From the NCBI GenBank assembly GCA_034780895.1, contig JAUZTB010000073.1:10223658-10287657 (forward strand): a stretch of 64,000 nucleotides of DNA, read 5' to 3'. A program made the position numbers and the translations under genes. Positions 46,762 through 57,960 of the stretch are shown here, in pieces; the stretch's first letter is position 1; every line of letters begins with the position of its first letter. The stretch is from Rhynchobatus australiae (taxonomy: Eukaryota). The notes under the pieces are model-generated. The model searched no databases, was not told the origin of the DNA, and worked only from the letters and a program-made list of their open reading frames with translations.

Positions 46762-48099
46762 TGAGAAAATTACATGTGGGAATAAATAAAAGCAAAAGAA
46801 AATCTATGAAATGCCGGCTCCCAGCTAGCGACTCGGGGAAGTTGTACTCAGTCTATTGGACACCTTTGAATTGAAAGTTCTTGTTTAGTCATTCAGAATG
46901 CTGTCTCTTTCAAAGGACATAGGTTACAATCACCACCCAGAACATGATGTCCTGATATTGAGCAACACAAAAGCTTCACAATGAGTTGAATGAGTTTGTG
47001 TGAATAACTGCAAGTATTTGTGCAAAAACATAAATGAATAATGGTGTGGTAAATGGATAGACTGTGTTGAAGTGAGGATGCATTAGTTACAGGGCTCTGT
47101 TGGAGTATTTACAGAGTGCAGCTAAAGCTTGCAAATGGACTTTGAATAAAAATGCACTTCAGGGGAGGAAGAAAAGCAAAGAATCTATTAAACAAAGCAC
47201 AGCAGAAAGAAGTAGAAAATCTGTATTCCAGCATCATTTGCAATATATATGTATTTGTCCTTCCAATTTTATTTGAAGGAATGTGAAATAACTCTTCATG
47301 ATTCCAATTATGTCGACACTAAAAACAAGGAGAACTGCATCAAAGAAATGCTTGGGAGGGAAGCTTGGGAGGAAACAAAAAGGAATTATGTGGTTGAATA
47401 AATAAGTAGCTCAATACAGTGGCCCCAAATTTCGCAGAAAATTAACAAAGACATTTTTTAAAAGGAGCACTTTGTGGTGGAGAAAAAATAAGGAGTAGGA
47501 TCCTACTGGACCCAGCCTGCTGCCCGGATTCATTGCCTGCACTCCCTTCCCTCCTGCTTTTTTGCACAGGTATCTCATGCAGCAGGATTGTCAAAAGACC
47601 TTTCAACTATTTTTGAACATTTCTCCTAGTCAGGGACATTTAAAATCTCTTCAAGTGGATTTATTTCATTGGATAATATGAACATTGTTTAAAAAATTAA
47701 GAACACTGTAAACCACTCATGAATAATTAAAATTGGTAAGCACTTATCTTTTCCCTTAGGATTGGGAAAAGCCATTGAGATTAATGGGGTCACCATTCAT
47801 ATGCAGCCCTCCCTGGCTTAAAGCTCGGATGCAAAGTGCATCTACATCCTCCTTCAGCACTTCAGTACTCCACCACTCTTTCGTGGCTTGAGTGAGGTTG
47901 AAAAAGGCCATGCATAGTGGCTGGTGCTGCTCCTTGAATTTTCACTGGCTTTGTCTCTCTCATAGTTAGCCAGTACAACTGAAACAAGCTGCAATCAAAA
48001 GTGAACCTTTTGGACCATGCACTATTTAATCCATTGTCCATCATAATTAAGTATTGAAACTTGAACAGAAGTTGACTGAATATATATATCATCTCCTTC

Positions 48100-48340
48100 T
48101 TGTGGTATGTTTAATCTCTGCAACCCCTTCCAAATGCCTCATTGACATCTTTCAGAAATCAACACCAAGACATGTGCTAAATGTGGCTCAAAGTTGTTCT
48201 GTTTTGGTTTTCCATTCCACACTGACGGTGATACAAGAATTGATGTCGAATGCATGTGAACATTAATAGGTACTCGCATCCAACCTGATGTTGATGCTCC
48301 TTTGTGTCATACAGTTGCATCACCTGGGATCTTGGTAGGT
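48100..48340 (+). mobile_element. Possible very old Harbinger transposase relic
   Basis: ttccaa..gacatctttcagaaatca (FQ..DIFQKS, similar to FQ..GDI..ISQ) and cctgggatc (PGS-like). Confidence 0.3.
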
Positions 48341-48622
48341 ATCACTTGGGAATTTCCAAAAGTTAACACACAACGATGTGGCATAAATTTAACTTTCCCA
48401 GTCAGTGTCTCAAGTCTTGAAAAGGAGGTTGTTTTTTGACCTCAATCATGCTTACTTCACTTGTTTACCGGAAGTTTTGTTCTTCTTTACTCAACAAGGA
48501 AATAAAAGTTTATGGCTGAGGACCAGAGTTTCCTCCCCAACACATTCTATTGAGCAGGGCACCTGCAACGGACTTTCAGATAAATAACTGTTGAAATGCA
48601 TTAGCTGACAGTGGTGGTGACT

Positions 48623-48659
48623 GGGGGTGGGGGTGGGGGGTGGGGAAGGTAGGGTTGGG
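48623..48659 (+). other. G-quadruplex-forming motif
   Basis: GGGGG T GGGGG T GGGGGG T GGGG, plus further GGG runs. Confidence 0.8.
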
Positions 48660-49878
48660 TGCCATAGGTCATGGTGATGAGAGGCATGGGGTTTAGTTGG
48701 GTTATGATGCTGGTGGGGGGGGTGTGGTTGGGAGATGGGAAGGGATAATGGTGCAGCACATTCTTTATACAGAAATTATCATGAATCAAATGTTGATTTG
48801 TGTTAGTTCAAAAATAAAATGAACACCCCTCCTCCCCCATCTGCTGACTTACAACCATGGATCCACATACTCATGATGTCCTGCATTTAACAATGCTTCC
48901 ATTACTGGGAGTATTGGTAAATACAGCACATTCCTCCAGAGCCCTCTCCTGTGGTGTCCAGTAAATCTTGTTTGCCATGAGATGGATTGTATTTTTGTGA
49001 TGGAAAGTAGTGAAATATTAATAGTCAGTGTGTGACTGGAGCTGGGTTGGGCACACCACGGTTAGCTTGTTCTGACAAGCTTAAACATACAAGATGAAAC
49101 TTGCATATAAATTGTTATTATCCATGCAGGGCTTGAAAGCTTTGTCACTGCAGCCTTCATGTCATGGCCACTGGTCTTTGTGGTGTCCATNNNNNNNNNN
49201 CCATGCCCCTATTTCTCACTATTAATGAGGACTTAATGTGAAGTATTTGTAGCCGAGAGAGCTTGAAGGCAGCTAGTTCCTGCAGTTTGGAACAGTACTG
49301 AAGTGAAGTGAAACTGGCATTTCAGAGGAGCAATCAGTTACACTAGAAAACATTCTTAATCCCGTCCTGTGCAGAAATTTCTTGCTCGTTCAGCCTTGTC
49401 ATGTTAATTTTGGTAGTCAAATTATTTAAGGAATTGTAAGGGCCACTGGTGCAGTGTATTGTTGTTCTCTCTGGCCTACAACCACACAAGATGGACGCAA
49501 AGTATTCAGGGAGGGTTTGAGCACCTTGACTCTCTCCAATGTGAACATTCCAAAAAAGTGGAAGGAATGTACAACATTAACCCTCCACCTGTTTTGTCAA
49601 GCACAACTTCACCTGTTTTGGAAGAAAAAATAAGGAAGACTCCATTTGATGCACAGCAGACTGCAACAGTGGTACTCCTGTGGAATCATTGACCCCAGCT
49701 GGATATCGCAAAATAACTGGAAAGAATATTCGAAGAGATTACTAATTGAAGAGAAGACACTTCTCTTCCATATAAACACTTCTGGGATATTTTACATTGT
49801 AGCAATAAAGATATACAGTAAATTTAAGAAACAAACTATTATTTTCTGCTGTCCAATATGAGTTCCTGGAGCATGGTG

Positions 49879-49910
49879 GGGAATAATTAATCACTTCATT
49901 AATTATTCCC
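49879..49910. repeat. Perfect 13-bp inverted repeat with 6-nt loop
   Basis: gggaataattaat-cacttc-attaattattccc. Confidence 0.95.
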
Positions 49911-52900
49911 TATTATTTAATGTCCTGTGGCAATGTTCACAATAAGTTAAAGATTTTCTCTGCAGGAGAGTGATCTTAAGGGAATTGTCATTTCTAAGTA
50001 TGTTGGTCATATTCTTTCTCAACAAAGTAAAATTAATTGTCAGCCCATCTATTAAAAGAAGCAAAATGTATAACTTATGAAGGAATGGTCATTGATCAGA
50101 ACTCTGTTATATTTAGTCCTTTAAAACCCTATTTCTAAGATTAGAAGTTCCAAGGTTAGTAGATTGGCAGTTAAGTATGAGGCAGATGGAGACATAACTT
50201 CTGACAAAAGAAGAATAAAGTCACCTTCCCAGAAATTGATAAGGTAAATGGACATTGTATTGTCCAAGCAGGTAACCCATTACAAGACAACAAACTGGTG
50301 AAATTGTCCCTTAAAAAATGATTGTAGTTGTTAAACCTGTCTGATTCTCCAGAGATCACAGCAGTCGCATCATTGTTGCAAGGGCCCAAGGGTAGTGAGT
50401 CTCATCCTTAAAGTGCTCTCTCCATGGCAGTCATAGCAACTATAGTAAAGAGTGCCATGGAGGGAATGGGAATGAGAGGGAGGGAAGAATACATTTTCAT
50501 TCCCTTGCTAAAAACCACAGTGATTTATCTTTATGTAATGGAGGTAAAGGTCAGTATTGAATTCTNNNNTGAAAACCTGCTGTGGGCACTCAAACTCATA
50601 GAACTGAACTGCTGCGTAAGCTGATGAGGGATGAGTCAAGCAAACTCAATGAGCAAGCAAAAGGTCAATGTCCCTTTTGAAAAATCTCAGTTCACACATG
50701 GTTCGGGACTGAGTGTAGAGTCTGCCTTCTTTTACAGTGAGTGAAAAACACAGGGTGTAGGTTGCATATTCTTGCACTATTTTCAGCGATTACTGTGGAA
50801 ATTAGAATTTTGTGCATTGATGATATTTTCACACATGGGAATGATTCTGAGGAAAGGAAACCTATGCTAATGTGAATTATGTCTGGAAATAACCTGTCCA
50901 ATTTCCCTATCAGTGGGACTTACACTGAAAATGGGAAGCATTATATTAAAAGATGTACAAATGGGCTTTATCACTTGTAGAAAAGATCTCCAGTCATGTT
51001 TTTATATATTACACTGCAACTGCAATTGAACTGCAGCTTTATGTTGTTTACAGCAGATTTGTAGAAGTTCCAAAAAACAGGCCATAAGTTACACTTCCAG
51101 TTGAATCTGTTAATTATATCAAAAATACATGTTCAACTTAGTATTTTAAATATTGCAGTTAAGCTCTAGTCACTTTTCCCTCACTTTCATGTTCCTAACC
51201 CTGTTTCTTTGGTGGTATTCTATAATGTGCCTGCTCCCTCATTAATTTAAGCCTTTAGTCAAGTCAGAATGCCTTGCCTGCTGATTATAATTGCAAATGG
51301 CTCTCTTTCAAATATGAAAAGATTAGGTTGTTACTGCTCAAGAATATTAAATCAAGTGGCACTTGTTTTCGGGAATTTGCCACCTTGCCAATTTTACTAT
51401 TATTTGACCATTTCTTCTTACAATGTCTCATTCTGTGATGCCAATCAGAGATACCATCATTCTGGGTTTTCAATTTGATTCTTTTTGTTCATATATTTTT
51501 TTAAGTTATTAATATATCAGATTGAAATAATTGACCTTCCAAATGGTCACATTGCCGCAGATACAAAGTGAAAGTACTCTGAGTTTTGTAACTGTGTTTT
51601 GAGTCCAGTTCAAACCAAGGTGGTAGCTAGAGTAAGAAACTGGTTCCAGAATTTGACACTTTAATTACAGCAGTGCTGGAAACAACCAGATAGTGATGTA
51701 TGGACTGCTCTGTTTGTCACTCACCATCCACGGGAGAGTGTTGTGCCTCAGTTTCAAAGCTGGTTTCAATGAGTTGGCTTCACTGAGTAATTAATGTATG
51801 TGCAAGTTGGCATCACTTTGATTCTATTCTGAGAAATGACACTGCATTGTTCTGATACCAAAATGAATCTCAAATTTATTATGCACCTCAGTTATATAAA
51901 GATTTAAGATAAACTGACTAAGAAATGCAATCAAAATAAGCTCGTGTTCATTCAGCATGAAGAAATATCATTTTTGATATGATCAAATTTACATTTAACT
52001 GGGGAAATCATTTTTAAGACAGTTTATTATTCCCATATTCATTTATCCATTTCAATAATTATGTTTCAAAGTTCCCAAACAAATTAAATAGGGCAGAATT
52101 TGGCGTGATTTTCATGGTACGAATGGAAGTTCAGATGTTAGCATGTTTTGTGATTTCTTTCAAGGGCATTGATTTAGTTGAGCATGGTACTTACGGAGTT
52201 TGTGGAAAGGGGCAGGAGAGATCCCTAATCTTTCCCTTTGGAAATCAACTCAAAATGAAGCAGAGGAGCCAAATCCTTAAAGTCCCTTTAATTGGAAATA
52301 CCCCATAGTTTATGAATCGTATTCTGTTCTTTTGTTACCGTACACTTAATCTTGCAAGGGCAGAGAGAGAAAGATGGGGAGGGAGGAAGGAAGGATGCAG
52401 AATGATATTGGAACTGTGATAAATCTTTCCTTTGCAATATTTCTCTTTCAATACATTAAGTTGTAATCTCCTATTACAGCTGGAAAGGCAGAATGGTAAA
52501 TGTGAAGATATTAGAGCACAAGTTGGGGATGAAGCAGCTGAAATAGTTTGTGTATTGAATGTGAGATGGCAATTGGTTATCCAGATGAGCACTTGAGACA
52601 CTGTTACAGCAGCTTTATAGACCAAGAACTGGGAAACGGGAGCAACTGAAATACATTTTTTTAAACTGGCTTGGATGCAATCAGCTGAATGGCACAGAAA
52701 CACAGCATATATCCAGTGTGGTATATACTTGGAGATGGGTCTCCAAGCATAATGTGTTGAATAAAATGCAGTTTTATTTAAACTTATTTTCTGTTGATTT
52801 TGCTGTGTCATCCAGATTGCTTCAGGATTCTTTCATTAGTAGTTGATTCCTTTCTGACACTGTAATTTTTGACTGTTATGAACTGATATTAAACATCGGA

Positions 52901-53297
52901 AGCAATGGAAATGTCTGGTGGCTGGGTCGAATGTGGGTGGCAATGGGATAGATGGTTGTCCACAGCACAATGNNNNNNNNNATAGTTGGGAAGGCAAAGT
53001 GTGGAGATGGATTTGGATGAGAGAAATCAGCAGGTTAGTGACAGAACTCGGGTATAAAGGGATTGGCTGCTGTGATGGCAATTGTCTGTGTGCCAAGTTC
53101 GCAAAGTAGTAAACAAAAACACAGGGATTGGTCAACTATGCAGTTCAGTGAGTAAAGTGAAAAAAAAATAAAGCTTCAGACGTGAACAACTTTTTGAAAA
53201 TGTATTTACTGTATCAGGATCCTGGATCTATGAGATGTTAAGAAAGTCAGTTGGAATGCAGATAATTAATGATATGAGCTTAACTTCCATGTTGTCG

Positions 53298-53420
53298 TGG
53301 AGTTGTACAGCACAGAAGCAGGACCTTCAGCCCACTCCTTCAATGCTAACCATCATGTAGCGATCTTCCCTAATCCCATTCTGTAGCCTTCTATGCCTTG
53401 GCAATTCAGGTACTCATTTA
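53298..53420 (-). mobile_element. CR1/HER1 3' tail
   Basis: gtacagcacagaagcagg.ccttcagccca..ctaatcccat..gtagccttctatgccttggcaattca.gtactcat. Confidence 0.8.
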
Positions 53421-54834
53421 ATTCTGTCACTCATTGTCATTTTGAAACTTGCTCCGCAAACTTGGAAATGAAGGCTGGTCATTTGAAAAAGACACCGACC
53501 AGGAATGAATTCTTGTGTGGTTCCTGGGGTCGTGTTTTTTTTGGGTAGGAAGAGGAGAAAATTACTTGCAACTTCAGACATACATAGTTGTGCATGAATG
53601 GAGTGCCAACTCACTGCATGCCATGACAATACAAAATGAAATGTTGGTAATTTAAGATTGCACTTATGATACATATGATTGAATTTAATTATATCAGCCT
53701 GAGATCTGGATTAAAATGGGAAATAAAAACATTCAGAAAGAGAAAAATGATGGAGGCTCGTGTTGGATAATATGAGAGCTTTGGTGTGATTCCATTATTC
53801 AGTCATTTCCAAAAGAAGCAGTTGAGCATAATGGGATGTATTTCCCTCAGTGGTGGGAACAGGACCTCATCAGCTGTACTTAATCTGTNNNNNNNNNNNN
53901 NNNNNNNNNNNNNNNNNNNNNNNNNNNNNNNNNNNNNNNNNNNNNNNNNNNNNNNNNNNNNNNNNNNNNNNNNNNNNNNNNNNNNNNNCTTAATCTGTCT
54001 TTAGCTTATCAGAACCTGATACAAATGATCAAATTAATCCCTTGACAAAATAAAATTAGAGAAGTACCTTTCTCTGTAAGAGTGAATTGCATTTAAAATT
54101 TTACATGGTCCTGTGAAATATGGTACGAGTCTGGGATACTCTATCCTTCATTTAGAAAGCTCATAAAACTGTGCAAACTTTACACACCTCATTGGATGTC
54201 TTACTTATATGCATATTTTCAAAATTCTGTTATGTGTTATAACTCCTTAAAAGTCAATCAAAGTTTGTATAAACACACTAAAGATTCCAAGAGACATGCC
54301 CCATTGGGAAACTTCAATAATATCCACCAAGAATGATGTTACAACCATAATTACAAATATGGAACAAGTGTATGTTTCTATCATTAGTATTAAAAGACTT
54401 TTAATTGCAGGTCGAATCTAAATGATTTACTAACTTTCTGAATAATTTGTCATAATATTTCCACACAGGGCATTTGCTGTGTTAGTTTTGGATGAATGCA
54501 TTCATATAACCTTGGGAAATATCCTTCAGGCATATTTGAATTTTGGATTCAAATCTGACATCAAAGAATGTACAATTTGAGTTCTCTAAAGCTTGACTAG
54601 AAGGCTGCATTAAACAATTTAAGCTGCTTTTAACCTTATGAAATGACATCACAGGTATGCAAGTGCAGGTGAACAACTTCTGTTAGTATTCTGTACTCCA
54701 ATCTCCTTATACCTTCAACTGAATTCATAAATTCACCAGAAGTCTTTCTATAGGTCAATATTTCTCTGTCCTATTAAGGACCTTATCCCAATATGACTGC
54801 TCATGTTGTTGTGTAATAATAAACAAGAAATCTG

Positions 54835-54915
54835 AGACGCAAGAAATTCTGCAGATACTGGAATCTGGAGCAATACACAAAAAGTGCTGGAGGAACTCAG
54901 CAGGTCAGGGAGCAG
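54835..54915. mobile_element. Penelope-derived terminal repeat (half copy)
   Basis: ctgcagatactggaatctggagcaatacacaaaaagtgctggaggaactcagcaggtcagg.agca. Confidence 0.85.
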
Positions 54916-56244
54916 GAAGAAATCTGATCTTTGCTTTGCCCGTCACCTATCTTCAGACTTCACTTCACAAGGATTCGTTGGATAGTTGAAGGTGCTGGCA
55001 TGTGAAGGAATAAATGGTTATTTTCCTTATTTTAAAGAGAGGGAAACAGTTCAATTAGGATAAATAGCCTCGAGGATACTTTCACCAATTGTGTCATCCT
55101 CCTTGGATCTGGAGTCATTCCTGTGCTTTGTAATATCAGAAGAGGAGCATTTATTTAAAATCAACNNNNNNNNNNNNNNNNNNNNNNNNNNNNNNNNNNN
55201 NNNNNNNNNNNNNNNNNNNNNNNNNNNNNNNNNNNNNNNNNNNNNNNNNNNNNNNNNNNNNNNNNNNNNNNNNNNNNNNNNNNNNNNNNNNNNNNNNNNN
55301 NNNNNNNNNNNNNNNNNNNNNNNNNNNNNNNNNNNNNNNNNNNNNNNNNNNNNNNNNNNNNNNNNNNNNNNNNNNNNNNNNNNNNNNNNNNNNNNNNNNN
55401 NNNNNNNNNNNNNNNNNNNNNNNNNNNNNNNNNNNNNNNNNNNNNNNNNNNNNNNNNNNNNNNNNNNNNNNNNNNNNNNNNNNNNNNNNNNNNNNNNNNN
55501 NNNNNNNNNNNNNNNNNNNNNNNNNNNNNNNNNNNNNNNNNNNNNNNNNNNNNNNNNNNNNNNNNNNNNNNNNNNNNNNNNNNNNNNNNNNNNNNNNNNN
55601 NNNNNNNNNNNNNNNNNNNNNNNNNNNNNNNNNNNNNNNNNNNNNNNNNNNNNNNNNNNNNNNNNNNNNNNNNNNNNNNNNNNNNNNNNNNNNNNNNNNN
55701 NNNNNNNNNNNNNNNNNNNNNNNNNNNNNNNNNNNNNNTGTGCTTTAAGCATTTTCTACTGCTTTTGTTGTATCTTAACGCAGGGGTTTCATTCTTTTTC
55801 TCATGTTGACACCTTTTGTATATATTCTCTTTTTGGTACTTTCAGTTGAGCGTGCTGCAGAGAGCAGAGTCACTTTGGAGTTTATCATTAAAAAGTAAAT
55901 GACAGCAGGACAACTTTGCATTCTCAGATGGTCTAGCTTGAATGAAGCTTTCACCTTGGAGGGGCTGGAGAGATATCTTTAAATTGTTTTGAACAATACC
56001 TCTTAAATCTTTCCTTTTGGTTACATGAATGTCAGACGGTTGGGGAAGGGTTTCTGTGGAGATCCACCTGCCTGCTCAGCATAATTTTGCAACAAATGCC
56101 CTGAAGAAATATGCAGATTGCAATTACAAGATCGTTTCCACAGTCCCTCGAAAGATGGAGCTGTAAATGAAGGAGAGGGAAATCCCACCGCACTAAATAT
56201 GTCCCAGTTTTGGGCAGCTTACCCCAGCTTCAATGTCCAAATCA

Positions 56245-56590
56245 TGGAGAGGGTTTAATGAGGCCAGAGATGAAAGTTATGAGGAGATATTGACAATGCT
56301 ACAGCCCTCTGTTTATGCAGATAATGTTAAGAACAGAGCTGATATGTTCAAAATTATGAGGAGTTTGGGGAGAAAATATGTTTCTTGAAGGTCAGTGACC
56401 AGCCTTAAAGGAAGGTTTGCACAAATAGAATGAAGAGACAGTCTGGGGGCACAGATTGCTCAACCGGGGATAGATGCAGATTCCTTTATCACTGAAAGAG
56501 AAGTCATATGGGACAAAGTTCAAGTCTCTTTCAGACTGTAAGTATAACATTGATAACAACAGGCCAGCAAGTCACCTACTGGGGTATAAT
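56245..56590 (+). mobile_element. Highly decayed CR1 3' fragment
   Basis: agttatgaggaga (SYEE), gttcaaaattatgaggagttt (FKIMR.F) and gaaggtcagtgaccag motifs. Confidence 0.55.
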
Positions 56591-57049
56591 TCAGCAACTC
56601 TTTCTCAAACCAGTCAGACAAAAGCTCTACATTAAAAATAAATAGTTTCATATTTACATCAATGCAGACTGCACAGTGTTAGACAGGAGTGTTAGAAGTA
56701 TATTTAGGCAAGCAGATTGAGTCTCCAGTATTATCCATTCCCTTTCTCCATCAATCTCTTTTTGCATCGTTAGAGATTTCTGTTCACAATAGCACCTAAC
56801 AAACACTTAGCATGTTTTTATGAATTTTTTTCCTCTGCAGTAGTTACAAGGTTAAGCTAACTACTTAAAAATAAATGGCTGACTAACTCCATTGAAATAG
56901 CTGACAAAGCAATGCCATACAAATCTTTTAAATTTCATTTTTAAATTATCTGGTAAATGCCACCCACTTTCTCTGCTCCCTGTTTATATCTATTACTTGT
57001 CTGTATCCTCCTTTGATCCATGTAGCCTCCACCCGTCTCCATCTCCAGA

Positions 57050-57960
57050 GCTGTTTCTTTTGCTCTCAAGCAATTTTTAAAAACATCCATCAAATTCTCT
57101 CTCTTTAACCCCTTTCTCTCCCACTCTCAAAACCCTTCTCTCTTGACCACTCCTGTCTCTCACTCCCCACCTCTCTTGCATGCTACTCAGTCCTCAGAAC
57201 CTCTTGTAGATATTTTTCCCATGCAAATCCCTCCTCTCGGACACCCTTTTTCACAACCCCAATGCTCTCATTTCAACCCCTCTAAGCTCTCCCACTCAAC
57301 CCTCACCCCATCCTATTTCTCCACCTACCAAATACCTCAACTGCGATTTTTGTCTCTATCCCCCCTTCTTTGCTCATTCATCCAGCTCTCATATTATGTT
57401 TCACTTAGTTCACCTTCATCCCATTCTCAGATCTTGAAAGTCACTTTGACTTTCTCACCCCTTCCCTATATCAAATTCAAACTACGTTGCACCTCTGATA
57501 TTTTTTTGTCGCTCTGTCACACAAACCACGGCCCCTTCCTACTCATGCTGCCTCAATTCACTGTTTGTATATCCTCTGTTCCAACAGCCTTTATCAACAG
57601 TCCTAGCTCAAATCCACCTTTCAGAACGTGACTAAACCCAATTCCTTTCTCAAGCTTTTCTTCTTTCCCATACTTATCAGCATTTCCTTTGCCTACAGTT
57701 TCTCTTTCAATCCTTCCTTCGGCTCCCTTTTATTTGCAACTCCTCATTCAGTACACAAATCTCTCAAATCTCTTTTCCCCACTTTTCCCAACGAGCAACT
57801 GTACTTTTCTTCTTCCTCTTCTCCCTTATCTCTTTCCAACCAGCTTAACCCGCGCTGTCAAGGTGCTTCTCTCTTCCTTTTTCTCTTTATGTAAACCTCT
57901 TCTCCAGATTTACCCTAAATCTTCTATCTCTTTCTCAACCTCCTTAATCTGCCACTCAAC
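57050..57960 (+). other. ~0.9-kb strongly pyrimidine-biased low-complexity tract
   Basis: C/T-dominated with very few G on the plus strand. Confidence 0.8.

Noticed and set aside
50622-50650. ctgatgag hammerhead-like core
   Set aside because: No downstream GAAA with stem II and stem III pairing.
52335-52811. 158-aa minus-strand ORF
   Set aside because: No recognisable domain or splice framework; composition is like non-coding DNA.
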